A DNA stretch of 62,959 nt, filler included, from Octopus bimaculoides (taxonomy: Eukaryota): the NCBI RefSeq assembly GCF_001194135.2. It is 4 parts of 4 records of this genome, joined end to end, with 100 filler letters (N's around TTAATTAATTAA, not from the genome) between each part and the next. Parts side by side here need not be neighbours in the genome. Positions count along the whole stretch, not along the records: positions 1 to 22,780 come from NC_069009.1; positions 22,881 to 36,843 come from NC_068990.1; 2 more parts are not named here. One strand, given 5' to 3'. Made by a program: the position numbers and the translations under genes. The number at the start of each line of letters is the position of its first letter. Positions within the stretch are counted from its first letter, which is position 1. This document shows positions 11,415-23,461 of this stretch, in pieces. The notes below the pieces were generated by a model. It was not told the DNA's origin and made no database searches. It worked only from the letters and a program-made list of their open reading frames with translations.

Positions 11415-11866
11415 ATTTTATTGTCTTTGCACAGCTTCTAACGCTGGAGATATACTACAGTGTCAGCTGTTCCCTACCAGTGAACTAAGGTAACACCCCT
11501 TATTTTTCGAGCACCATCCGGAGTATTTGGGTAGTTCCAAGCAGTGCTGTTTTCTGCAAGTGCTCCATCCTTATTGCAGCCCCTACTTGCTCCATGTACT
11601 TCTCAAGATTTTTATTCACTGTTCCCAGGTACTACTATCACCTTTTTCATCGATCACAACTGCTTAACTTCCCAAGCTAACCTGTCATATCTATCGACTT
11701 TTCTTTCTTCCTTATCGCATACCTTGTTGACAGCTGGGCATGCTATGTCTATGATCCAGCATCATTTGCTTTCTTTCTCAATTAACACTTTGTCTGGCTT
11801 CTTATTCTCTATCTCATGGTCGCACTGAATCATAAAATCCCATAGGATCTTTGCATTATCATTTAA
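11415..11866 (-). mobile_element. R4/Dong-like LINE REL endonuclease domain and 3' end
   Basis: NAKILWDFMIQCDHEIENKKPD..LIEKE...WIIDIACPA...KEERKVDRYDRLAWEVKQLW...LQKTALLGTTQILRMVLEK*; the 3' end abuts (ATT)n. Confidence 0.9.
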
Positions 11867-11907
11867 ATGATGCCTTCAGGTTTATGTTTGTACCACTCTT
11901 TTGCTCT

Positions 11908-11908
11908 G

Positions 11909-11942
<34 letters not shown>

Positions 11943-11973
11943 TATCATCATCACCATCATCACCATCATCATC

Positions 11974-12005
<32 letters not shown>

Positions 12006-12020
12006 CATCACCATCATCAC

Positions 12021-12052
<32 letters not shown>

Positions 12053-12095
12053 CCATCATCACCATCATCATCATCATCATCATCACCATCATCAC

Positions 12096-12131
<36 letters not shown>

Positions 12132-12150
12132 TATGGTTATTATTATTATG
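11908..12150. repeat. (ATC)n microsatellite with recurring CAC interruptions
   Basis: Directly visible. Confidence 0.98.
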
Positions 12151-12320
12151 ATGTTAGCACACCAGACAAAATGATTTGTGTAGTTCACATTTCACTGAGG
12201 TCATCTTTGCCTTTCAACCTGTCAGATTTGATAGAATATTTTTGAGCTGAGTCCTGGAGTTGATGTAATTGGTTTCACCATCCCCTCAAAATTGCTGGCC
12301 TTTTGCCATAAATTAGAAAG
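12150..12320 (+). mobile_element. Degraded SINE family B
   Basis: gttagcacaccagacaaaatg...ctgaggtcatctttgcctttc...cccctcaaaattgctggcctt. Confidence 0.65.
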
Positions 12321-12584
12321 AATGACACATCTTAACAATTTGAGTTGAAGAAACAGAACAATTAAGTGATTATAACCTGTAATCAGTTGACACATTTGTC
12401 CAATCGCAGGCAAAATCAAACTCATCAATATCCCTGTTGTGACTTCATAGCAAAATCCATATCTGCACTCGTTTGACATTTGCACATCCAACACAAATAG
12501 ATATAGCTTCTTTCATTTTTAATACTTTTAAAAATTTTTTTCTTTTAATTATTTTCCTTCAAACACCCATAAAAAGGGTAAAAA

Positions 12585-13065
12585 CCCCCTTCAGTCATGA
12601 ATGACCATGGGATTGCACCTAGAAAATACCCCTCCAAGGCACAAATCTGGGCAAGGTTGTTTATGGAAGACCAGCAGTCACTCATGCATACCAGCCTCTT
12701 CTCTCCATGCCACTGATGTTATCCATGGGAAAGGCAAGTGTTGATACAGTTTGGCACCGATGATGTCGCAACTCGTTTCTAAAGCTAAGTGAGCTGGAGC
12801 AACGTGAAATAAAGTGTCTTATTCAAGAACACAACACACAGCCTGACCTGGGAATTGAACTCACTACCTCATGATTGTGAGCCCAACACTCTAACCACTA
12901 AGCCATATGCAATAGGTGTCTTTCAGTTTCTGTCTACCAAATCTACTCACAATCGTTTGGGTGGCCTGAAGATTTAGTAGACAACACTTGCTTAAGGTGC
13001 CACACAGTAGGACTGAGCCCAGAACCATGTGGTTGGAAAACAAGCTTCTTACAACACAGCCACAC
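12585..13065 (-). mobile_element. SINE family C (12585-12908) followed by SINE family A head (12915-13065)
   Basis: ggagcaacgtgaaataaagtgtcttattcaagaacacaac...gggaattgaactcactacc...ctaaccactaagcca; then aaggtgccacacagtaggactgagcccagaaccatgtggttgg. Confidence 0.8.
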
Positions 13066-13449
13066 CTGATGAACTTTTGAGAAATAGTTTACTAATTGGC
13101 TAAAATGCTTTATTTTCCATGAGATAGATTTGCCATTCAATGAAAAATGATTCTATAAAAAGAAAAGCATTCAGCTATACATTAAAAGTAAAGCTTCATT
13201 AACAATAATTATCTTCCTTATTTTTGTGTGTTTTACATACAGGATAACGAAAACATGAAAATATATTTTTGTATGTGAATAGACGAATATATCACATGTT
13301 CTATGTATGAAAATCAAAAAAACATCTATGATATGGTGTTATTTCTCTGAAAGACAAAGATTATACCTTCTGTTAGTGTCTTGTAATAGATTAATCGATG
13401 TTGCAATTAATATTATCACTTCCCCCCACCTCCGCTCCTTTAAATGCAG

Positions 13450-13612
13450 TGAGCTGGCAGAACTGTTTGCTTAGCGATATTTTGTCTATTTTTACATTCT
13501 GAGTTCAAATTCTGCCTAGAACAACTTTGTCATTCATCCTTTTGGGATGAAATAAGTACCAGTTGAGCACTGAGGTCTATGTAATTGACTTACCCCCTTT
13601 CTCTGAAACCAG
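13450..13612 (+). mobile_element. SINE family B
   Basis: gagctggcagaac...ttacattctgagttcaaattctgcc...aataagtaccagttgagcactg. Confidence 0.75.
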
Positions 13613-15914
13613 TATTATCGTCCCTTCAAACATCAGGTATATTTGAACAAGGAGGTGATGAGGCATCTGTCTGAGTATCTAAATGTATACATATACTGAG
13701 TGAATTTCTTTTTAAAAAAATTTTCATTGAGCCCTTTATAACTTTTTGTTTTGCTGTTATTTACTAGAGAAAGCTTAGGTTGATAAACTTATACTTTGAA
13801 AGTAATACGACATTGTGTAGCTATTAAGGTTGCTTCAATTAGATAGAAGTAGACAATTTTGCATTTGAACTGGAAAGCAGCAAAATCTTTGGTGCAGTTG
13901 TAGCTCACCTTAACAATATTTCTGTTAAAAATTTAATGATATCTATCATCTTGGAATAAACAGTTAAAATATAAGGAGGGTTATACTAGATGATATTTCA
14001 TCCCATTATTTTTGCATTTATTAGTATTGTTCTGTATGTAATGTATTATATCTTTGAAGCTATTGTCTTTTAATAGCAAAGTAAAAAGATTTTTCATTTG
14101 AAAATAAGCAACATATGCATTTACTAATATTACTAAGGTATGGTTGAAATTATATTGGCAGAATGTAATTTCTCATGAGGTTTACAATAAGGGCAATAAC
14201 TAAACTTGATATTAACTATAGTTATATTCATATCGACAGTGATCTTATATTTTATATTTTGAATATGGAAATGAACACTTTCCTAATAGCATCCATTATG
14301 TGGTCGTTCATACATCACAAAATGAACAGACTCATCTCAGAGAAACAGAATCTCTTCTGAAGCTAGTCTATGGTGTGCAATTCTACCAATTCACAAGCCT
14401 CAACCCTCCATCATGATCCAATGGTTACATCAAACAATTCGTAGTAGTTTCATTTATCCCATAAAGAATTATTGTAAAATAACAAATATTTCCTAGAATT
14501 CATGATAATATTATTGTTCAAATCACTCATTTAAATAAAACCTCTCAGGCTCCTAAACCTTTTATGAGGAAAGATTTAGTTATAGATGGATACAACTCTA
14601 CTATATCTAACTACATAAATTTACAGTGATACTTATTATCTAGATTAATGAACACCATTCATGACTAATAAACTACTATTCTGAAAAGGAAGACAAGTGC
14701 CCTCTCTAATGTTAAAAATGATGGCACCTAAAATACTTTTACTCACTGCTTATATCTTTCTTTTCTAAGATTTATTATTCTACATTTTGGGTTGGCAAGA
14801 AAATTATCTTTATGATCTTTAAAAGTAATATATGGTTCACATAGCGTTAAAGTTTCTGCACTATCGTTTATTTTTAGGCTGGTAGCTATTTTGTTTGCTT
14901 CTAAATTAATAGCATTGTAAGTGCTAGAAATGGCTTTTATATAACTAATGGTTATATTGTTGGAAATATATCTATGCTATGTGCAACTATCAGTTTCGTA
15001 CATATTTATAGTTTGGTCTGAATTATTTTACACTGATATGTCTGCATTAGTGTCTTCATCTTGGTTGTTATAGTCACAACCTCTACAACCTTTTGAAACA
15101 TTGCTCTGTTCCTCAATTTTTCGAGTATTCATTGTATTCAGTAGCGTTTTTGAAATTTTGAATTCGATACTCAAATTATTGTCTTATTTATTCACCAATT
15201 TGCAATGCGCTTGTTTGTTCTATTTAAAGCGGGGATTGAACTTACGCCCACCAGTTAAATTCCAACACTTAATATTTATATTGGCTAATGCTCCAGAGGA
15301 CATTTAGGTGATGAAAATTAGGAGCATTTAAACTTTATTTATTATTATTATTTTAAGCTTCTTTTTTGTTTTTTATAAATTAAAAGCACCCAAGAGTGTT
15401 CCTCACTAAGCTAAGCTAACTGAGGAGATTATCAAAGCTCAGAATATGCACGCAGAATGCATTTTTATTCTCTGTGTCCCACAGGAGATTGAGCTGATGG
15501 AAATTAGAAACTTTTAAAGTTAATTTTTTCTATTAATTTCAGCTTAGCTTTCTTTCTTAATTAACAATTCCCATATGGTGCTCCATTCTATACGAGGCCA
15601 AATGAGGAGGTTATCAAAATTCTACATAGGCACTGACTCTGCCCACAATGGTTTTAGGAAGTTTGTCATGCCTTACTTTTAGTCACAATTTCATAGGATG
15701 AAATAAATACTGTTTTACTTCCTTCCTGATTTCTTGATGAAGACGTTATTGAGAAGAGGTGTTCCCCATTATATAGGCCTAATTTTGACTGAGATGATGT
15801 TGTATAGCCCACAGATCATTTCATTTTCCCCAATTGTAGTATTTTTTTACTAATATTCTCAACCTTTGTGTCCCTACTTTTGGATGCAGCTCCTCATGCT
15901 ATACTTGGTGAAAG

Positions 15915-16190
15915 TGCTTGGCTTAGTAGTTAGGATGTTCAGCTCATGATCATATGGTCAAGTGTACGATTCCCAGCAGCATGTTGTGTCCTTGAGCAAG
16001 ACACTTTATTTCATGTTGCTGGCAAAAATGTGTAGTACCTGTATTTCAAATGGCTGGCCTCTTCATGTTCTGTGTCATACTGAATCTCTCTGAAAACTAT
16101 GTTAAGGGTACTTATGCCTGTGGAGTGCTCAACTACATTAATTTCACGAGCAGGCTGTTCCATTAATTGGATCAACTGGAACACGAGTGC
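15915..16190 (+). mobile_element. SINE family C
   Basis: ggcttagtagttaggatg...cgattcccagc...gtgtccttgagcaagacactttatttcatgttgct; reverse complement of 17000-17320. Confidence 0.8.
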
Positions 16191-16399
16191 CATAATAAGT
16201 TATAACTCTAAAGGGTCAATATAGTCATTTCCCGATTTGCAGTATGTTCTTTTGTACACAGAATATCAGCATCTACTGCAGGTTATTGATCAAGATACTG
16301 CTATGAACTCAAAGCAAAGAAACTGACTTCAGTTTATCCCAAACAACCTATAGAGCCTTATCTGTGGGAACCTTTATAAAGGGGAAGATAGGGAGGAAG

Positions 16400-16822
16400 A
16401 TGCAGTAAATTTCACAGTGTGGAATTTTGTCTATGTTACTCCATTGTTTTGTCGACTACAATCTCTGCCAGTGAGATTTGGAAGAGCAAAGTGAGGACGG
16501 ATAGAAAACTAAATATATTCCATCAGAGGTGCCTCTGGAAGATCCTAAAGATCAACAGGCAGGATCGTGTCACAAATGAGGAGATTCTGAGAAGAGCAAC
16601 ATTACAACCACTGCAAGAGATTGTAGCAGAGTGCTAATTCCATCTGGTTGGCCACATTCCCTGTCTAGCTGATCAATAGCACTCAAAAACAGTCATGACC
16701 TGGGTAACACCTGATGCTCGGTGTAAAAGGGGCAGGTTGGAGATCACTTGGCAGCAATCATTTCGAGATGACCTGAGGACAGACATGACATGGAATGGAT
16801 GTGCAAGAGTAGCAACTGACCG
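16400..16822 (+). mobile_element. RTE LINE C-terminal region and 3' end
   Basis: SEIWK...KLNIFHQRCLWKILKINRQDRVTNEEILRRA...GHI...W...KRGRLEITWQQSFRDDL. Confidence 0.88.
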
Positions 16823-16994
16823 ATGGAGAAAGTTTGCTGTCTAATGCACAGAGCAAAACCGGGGAACCTAAAGCTAAAGCTAGGATGGGGGAGTAACAAA
16901 ATTGGTATTGCTAAATCAGTCCACTTTAATCATGCTTTTCTAGGGTGTCGGGAAGAACTGGGAAAAGCATAAAATTAAATGAAGTCCAGTGGTT

Positions 16995-17320
16995 ATTACT
17001 GGCACTCAGTTGATTATGACAGCGAGGGTTCCTGTTGATCTGATCAATGGAACTGCCAGCTTATAAAATTAGTGTGCAAGTGGCTGAGCACTCCACAGAT
17101 ATGCGTACCCTTAACATAGTCCTCAGGGAGATTCAGTGTGACACAGAATGTGAAAAGGTTGGCCCTTTGAAATACAGGTGCAACTCATTTTTGCCAGCTG
17201 AATGGATTGGAGCAACGTGAAATAAAGTATCTTGCTCAGGGACACAACATACTGCCAGGAATTGAACACACGACCTTAAGATTGTGAACTGAATACCCTA
17301 ACCACTAAACCATGCACTTT
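16995..17320 (-). mobile_element. SINE family C
   Basis: Reverse-complement match to 15915-16190. Confidence 0.8.
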
Positions 17321-17554
17321 CCCAGTGAATATTATAGTTACCACATATGTCAACACCTGACCCAATTCCTCACACATGTCACAGCCCATGGAACACAGCC
17401 AGCAACCCCCAACTTCCAGACCTCTTCACTTGCTGTCACTCAACCACTGCACTCACAAATGAGCTGACAGACCAACCCAACCAAGGTATTTCTCTCATGT
17501 TCTCTTGGCATTTTCAATGAGGGGAATTTTATCTGAAATAGTAGTTTACTATCT

Positions 17555-17730
17555 CTTATCTTTTACTTGTTTCAGTCATTGGACTGCAGCTATGATTGAG
17601 CAAATCAATCCCAGTATTTATTTTTTCAAGTCTGGTACTTATTCCATTGGTATGTTTTGCTGAACCACTAATCATGGGGATATAAAAAAACCAACACCTG
17701 TTGTCATGTGGTGCAAGAACAATCACAGAC
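17555..17730 (-). mobile_element. SINE family A tail
   Basis: ttttacttgtttcagtcattggactgcagc...ttgctgaaccac...ccaacacc. Confidence 0.75.
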
Positions 17731-18249
17731 ACACACATATGTATATGTATGTCATTATTCAGTTTATTTCAAGATTTCTTGCCATAGAGAAAGAATTGGT
17801 TTCTAACCTAGATCCAAGGCTCCTTCATTGGAGGAGGAGGAGGAGGAGGAGGAGGAGGAGGAGGAGGTTATGGACAACTGCTTTGAAACTTCCAGTTTCT
17901 GCATCCAAGTTACAAATTTACATTTATACCAATAATAATTGGAGCACTTGGTTTTGTAAGTAAATGCCTAACTGTCAGTGTGGATTTTCAGAAAAAGAAA
18001 TCACCAAACTGGTTCACACATTACAAATACAATCTGTAAGTGAAACAGTAAAAATATGCAAGACTCTTCTCAGGTTCAAAATCTGACATTGTCTTCATTA
18101 TCTACATTCCAATGTTTGAGCTTTGAATCTTCGTTAGAAACCAGTTCCTTCTTCAGAGCAAGACTTTAAATGATTAAGTACAGATGAGTCATACATACAG
18201 GCAAACATGCAGACAGACAGACAGTCATTCATGCATATATAATTAGTCA

Positions 18250-19080
18250 CTTCTCTCCATGCCATGAGGCACGTAAGAGACACATGATCTCTCCAACCAG
18301 CCCTGTTCTGGTTTCATTCCAGCTTCTCCACCCTTCTTGTCTCCTTTCCTTGTCAATGGTCCTTCACCATGTGGTTTTAGGGCACCCTGCTACTCTTTTC
18401 CCCTCAGGCTGCCACTTTAGTGCCACCATACAATTATATACTAGAAATAACAGCCAGATCTCCCTCAAATCACACCCTTGTGTCTTGGGATACATTAGAC
18501 AATCTGAAGGAAATTTGGCTGCTTGAAATAATAGCCAAATCTCCTTCAGATTACATCTTTGTGTCTTTAGTTAGTTCTCTCTGTGCCATGAGGCACATAA
18601 ATCCCCAACATGATCTCTCCAATCTGTTTTCTGCCACTGTTCTGATCTCATTCCAGTTTCTCCACCCTTTTTGTCTCGTTTCCTTCTCAATATTACTTTG
18701 CCTTGTGGTTTTAGGACACCCTACTGCTATTTTCCCCTCAAGCTTCCACTTAAGTGCAACCATACAATTGCTTTCTCAGTCTTGCCTTGGGATCTGTCTG
18801 ATCCACTTCCAGGATCTCTGATCCCGTTGATGCCTGCTGTCATCTTAATTGTGCCAATTTTGGACTCTTTGCAACCATTTGATGACAAGTATTCTCCTTA
18901 AGCATATGAATTGAAAGCTGTTTATTGTTTTTCCTTCAATCTTTGTCACTTTCTAGTTTTTACATCTGTGGAATAATAGTGGCTGGACCAATGTCTTGAA
19001 CAGTTTCAGCTTTGTTTTGCAGCCTACACCTTTGCTATTCCATGGTCAGCTGAACTTTCAGTTTATAATGAGCATATCAG
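18250..19080 (-). mobile_element. Two diverged RTE-like LINE 3' fragments (18250-18436 and 18575-19080)
   Basis: Minus strand IVALKWKLEGKIAVGCPKTTR...WRNWNEIRTVAENR..W resembles RTE C-termini (W.P.GKR..GRP..TW); the two pieces align with each other. Confidence 0.7.
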
Positions 19081-19089
19081 CCATAACAC

Positions 19090-19650
19090 CATTGTAGTTG
19101 CCAGTCCTCATTTTGATCACTGCAAGAACTCAACAAGATAGACATGCAAACTGCTCAGTGCTCAATAGAGATGTAGACAAGCTATACTTCCCACTCAAGG
19201 ATGGTGGCCATGGTCTTAAATTTTCACTGATATCATATGAAGCACATATTGAGACACTGAAACATCTACTGCAGACGAAATAGAGCAGTAACTATCTTGC
19301 CCAAGTTTGTGACCATGAAATCAACAACATAATTAGGATAGCTTATGAACTGGAGGAGAGGTAGGAAATAAGAGCTGTTACAGATCCTCACCCCCAAAGA
19401 GCATTGGTAAATTCTATTTATCAAAAGAACAAAATAATTGAACAGTTTACTGAGAAGAATGTACATGGATACTTTGCAGAAAAGACAAGCCATAGAGGGA
19501 ATAAATCATAGCAAAAGCTTGGCATGGGATATTGACAAGTTGATGATATTCCACTTTGAAGACTACCTCCATGCAATTTAAAAACAAAAAACCCTCATTT
19601 AGTAATTGCAATATAGAAGACAGAATTAACAAACAACAAACGTATGAGGA
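19090..19650 (+). mobile_element. R4/Dong-like LINE post-RT fragment
   Basis: DVDKLYFPLKDGGHGL (cf. DVDRLY..R..GGRGL), then KNVHGYF...S.AW...FEDYLHAI (cf. HG.F...S..WL...EG...AIQ). Confidence 0.75.
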
Positions 19651-19679
19651 TTGACTGAAGGATTTACAAGCTGACCAAA

Positions 19680-20420
19680 ATACTCGCACGGAATGTGACC
19701 AAATGAAGTTTATATTTCAGCATAGTGCCTCTCGTTGCTCACACGCTTATTTCATTGGTGCTAGTGCTTGGATCCCATCCTATTGGGCAAAAAAAGTCAA
19801 TGTCATCAACAACAGATATAATTCCATCATGATTGTGATACTGATTTCCAGCCAAGTGTTTTTTCATGTTGGGGCCAAATCAGGAGAATAGGGACAGTGA
19901 TCAACCAGTTCAAAGCCACAGTCATGTACAGCAGCCATAAAAAGTAAGGACTTGTGTGCTGGAGCATTGTCCTGATGAAACATCAGTTTTCCTGGATGTT
20001 TGGTCTTGATAGCTTTTCATAACTGCCTCAGCAAGTTGGCATAGTACTCTTCATTAATGGTGTGGCCCTTTTGAAGATAGTCAATAAATGCAATGCCTTT
20101 TGCATCCCTAAAAGCTGAGGTCAACACCTTCCCTGCATATGAATCAACCTTGGCCTTCTTTTGAGCAGGTGAGAAGGGGTGTTTCTACTGCATGGATTAT
20201 CTCTTTGTCTCTGGCTCAAAGTGATGAACCCAACACTCATCCTGGCTTTGGAAATGTTTGAGAAAACCAGATGGATCTACCTGAAATAATGTCAGATTCT
20301 CCTGTAATGTGACCAGCCTGGTGCACTTTTGATCAGGTGACAGAAGACATGGTACCCACAGAGCAGAAGCCTTTGTCATGCTAAGTTCATTGAGCAGAAT
20401 ATTTTTAACTCTCTCACGGA
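19680..20420 (-). mobile_element. Mariner (irritans-like) transposase relic
   Basis: KASALWVPCLLSPDQKCTR...QDECWVHHFEPETKR...HQDNAPAHKS...HDCGFELVDHCPYSPDLAP. Confidence 0.88.
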
Positions 20421-20440
20421 ATAAGCTAATATACCATGAG

Positions 20441-20442
<2 letters not shown>

Positions 20443-20502
<60 letters not shown>
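20443..20502. repeat. (CA)n microsatellite
   Basis: Directly visible. Confidence 0.97.
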
Positions 20503-20506
<4 letters not shown>

Positions 20507-20839
20507 GTATAAATATAACATTCATATATCACATGGTATTAAACAAGGAAAAAAATGTGGAAAAATTACATAAAATTTCTGAAAGCCAAAATCAGTGAAA
20601 TCAGACCCAGGTTAGTTAAATATAACTTTTTTTTTACCTATACTACAAGAAAACTCTTTTAGCAGCAAAACTCGAGTTGGTGTATACTAAAACTTTTTCC
20701 TATACAAAACCTTATGAGTATGTATACCTATATAATTTCTGTTGAACTATGATACAAAAACATATATTCTGTAAAAGCATTGTTATATCCCTTTTTCATA
20801 TAAACAAATTGAATAAATTTATTCTCCACTTGTTTTCAT

Positions 20840-22483
20840 CATCATCATCATCATTTAATGTCCATATTCCATGCTAGCATGGGTGGGATGGTACCACAAG
20901 AGCCAGCCAGGCTGAAGCCTGCACCAGACTTCTGTGACTGTTTTAGCAGGATTTTTACAGTTGGACGACCTTCCTAACACCAACCACTCAGCAGAATTAA
21001 CTTAGTGCTTTTTATGTGACACAAGCATAGACACAGCTGGATGCCCTTCCGAACACCAACCATTTTACAGTGTGGACTGGGTACTTTAAGTGGCACCTGC
21101 ACTGACAGGGTCACCAAGTACATGCAAGACAAAAACTTTTAAGAGGGGGAGAGGCATTGGAGGGGGTGATGATAAAAAGATTATAGCAAAACAGATACAG
21201 GTGTCTTGCTGTAGAGGAGATACAAGGTTACCTGGCCAGTGAGAGAAAGATCAGGAATGAAGACAGAAACAGGTGTGCTACTGCAAAGAAAATACACAGT
21301 TACCCAACCTGAGGGAAGTGCAGAGGAAAGAGATGGAGAGAGAGGATGGAGATGGTGGCAAAATGCTGGGTATACTCACAAGGAACGGGGATCAGAGTAT
21401 AAATGAGATGGTTGAGTAAAGGAAGAGAGAGATATAGATAGTGGCAAGTGCAAGTGCATACCCTTGAGGTGCAAATGCCATAATATAAGTGACAGGATAT
21501 TGCGAAGGGAGTGCGATTAAAGAGTGCAAATAAATGGCAAAAGGGTATATATAGAATTGGAGGGGCTACTGGATAGCAATGATATAGAGGAAAGGGCATA
21601 GTGAATGAAGGAGGAAATGTGAGAAAGAGATGTAGATTGGTTTGTTGGGGTAGGGTGAGGGAAAAGTTTTCTTGTTACGTGTGGTTGGAACACCTAAGTC
21701 GGGGGCCAGCAGATAGCAATAATAGAGTGAGACAAGGCATGTGGGTAGAACACACAGGTCGGGGACAAGCAGTGAGCAATGATACAGTGGGACCAGGCCA
21801 AGAGGACAAGATTGGGGAGTGAGAGGTAATCATTGTACATGAAGCGGAAATGAGCAAGAGAAGGGATGTAAAGACGTAGTTTGGTTCATTGTGGTAGAGT
21901 GTGTGAGAGGTTTTATAAACAGTGCTTCTAGAACTTAGCTTTGCTGATGTGGGCAGGTCTTCTCAAGAACTTCATATCACCAGACATCTCAGTCCATGGT
22001 CATTTCCTTCGTGAAGTCCAACTTCCTGAGATCAATCCTTACCACTTCATCCCATGTCTTCCTGGGTCTCCTTCTTCCACAGGTACCATCCACTTTCAGT
22101 GATCAGCACTTCTTTATGCAGCTGTCCTCATTCATACGCATCACATGTCCAAACCAACGTAGTCTTCTCTCTTGCATCCTACATTTGATTCCTCTTATGC
22201 CCAACTTTTCTTTCAATACATTTGCACTTTGTCGTACATGTGCACTGATGTTGCACATCCAACAGAGCATACTACCTTCGTTTCTCTCCAGTCTACACAT
22301 GTCTTCAGCATTCAGAGGCCATGTCTCACTACCATGGAGTGTAGCCGTTCGTACACAAGCATCATATTGTCTACCTTTCATTCTGAGAGAGGCCTTTTGT
22401 TGCTAACAGAGGTAATAGCTCTCTGAACTTCCTCCACCCAATTCTTATTCTAGAAACAATACTTTCAGAGCATCCTCCACCTT
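20840..22483 (-). mobile_element. 5'-truncated RTE LINE with long 3' UTR and (GAT)n tail
   Basis: 22103-22460 encodes RIRIGWRKFRELLPLL...KGRQYDACVRTATLHGSETW...ERRLRWFGHVMRMNED; the 3' end at 20840 matches the 8328-8450 and 10560-10600 tails. Confidence 0.88.
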
Positions 22484-22780
22484 GTTTTAATCGTACAATA
22501 TAAATATATATATATATATCAAAAATAACCAAGGTGGCTAGATGCAATTCGAGACCAAAAAGGAAATAATTCACTATCACTAAAATGTGATGAAGGGTGG
22601 TGGGAGAACCATCATTGCTAGAAATAAGAGTCAAAGGACTCTTTAGCCACAGAAAGCACATTTTCTATTTACTGGCACATATATATATAGAAAAAATTTT
22701 TGATGCATTTTCAACTTTTTCTCAATATTTTTCCTGTATCTTTTATCTTTAATCTTTAATCTTTTACTTGTTTCAGTCAT

Positions 22781-22880
22781 NNNNNNNNNNNNNNNNNNNN
22801 NNNNNNNNNNNNNNNNNNNNNNNNTTAATTAATTAANNNNNNNNNNNNNNNNNNNNNNNNNNNNNNNNNNNNNNNNNNNN
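22781..22880. other. Artificial 100-bp scaffold spacer (44 N + TTAATTAATTAA + 44 N)
   Basis: The identical layout recurs at 36844-36943 and 60750-60849; the 12-mer places stops in all six frames. Confidence 0.95.
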
Positions 22881-23361
22881 CTGCCACGTTGACCTCGACG
22901 AACTGTCAAAAGCGACCCTATTGTCGTCACGTAAAGACACTTTTCTCTTAATGACATTACGGCCGTTAACGTTAGAAGAAAGAAATATCACACTTACCAC
23001 GAACCACGACTCGGTTGTTGAACGACGCAAGTGTCAACACTTTACAATTGAGTTGCTTTGCTAATAGTGATATATAGATCTCCTTCAAAAACACTATAGC
23101 TGGTGTCTGTTCCTCCTTGGCCTCCATCACCAACACCTCCTCCTCGTCTATCTTCTACTTCCTCTTCCTCTTCCTCCTACTCGTCCTCCCCTTCCTCCTC
23201 CTATTTCTATTTTGTCTCATCTTCCTTCTCCAGGCTCATCCATTTCTCTAGTATCTCTTATTCCTTTCTCATCCTCAAATTCAATTCCCTTCTTCGGCAA
23301 CAGACACATACCGACATCAACTACGTACGGCGGCAGCATCACCAACCACAACATGAAAAAC

Positions 23362-23396
23362 ACTACTACTACTACTACTACTACTACTAATAATAA

Positions 23397-23457
<61 letters not shown>
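23362..23457. repeat. (ACT)n microsatellite
   Basis: Directly visible. Confidence 0.95.

Positions 23458-23461
<4 letters not shown>

Noticed and set aside
11851-12245. Poly-His/Ile/Met/Ser ORFs, and similar ones at 4327, 23212, 43029, 46412, 48863 and 55186
   Set aside because: Translations of microsatellites with no sign of coding function.
14290-14420. Possible exon (IHYVVVHTSQNEQ... or HPLCGRSYITK*)
   Set aside because: Weak acceptor, no recognisable motif, and stops in all frames within about 130 bp.
14930-15310. Coding-looking minus-strand frame with a local CpG cluster
   Set aside because: Interrupted by several stops; open stretches are within chance for AT-rich DNA and no family is recognised.
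22825-22836. TTAATTAATTAA as a homeodomain site or biological palindrome
   Set aside because: Always centred in exactly 44+44 N; it is an assembly spacer.
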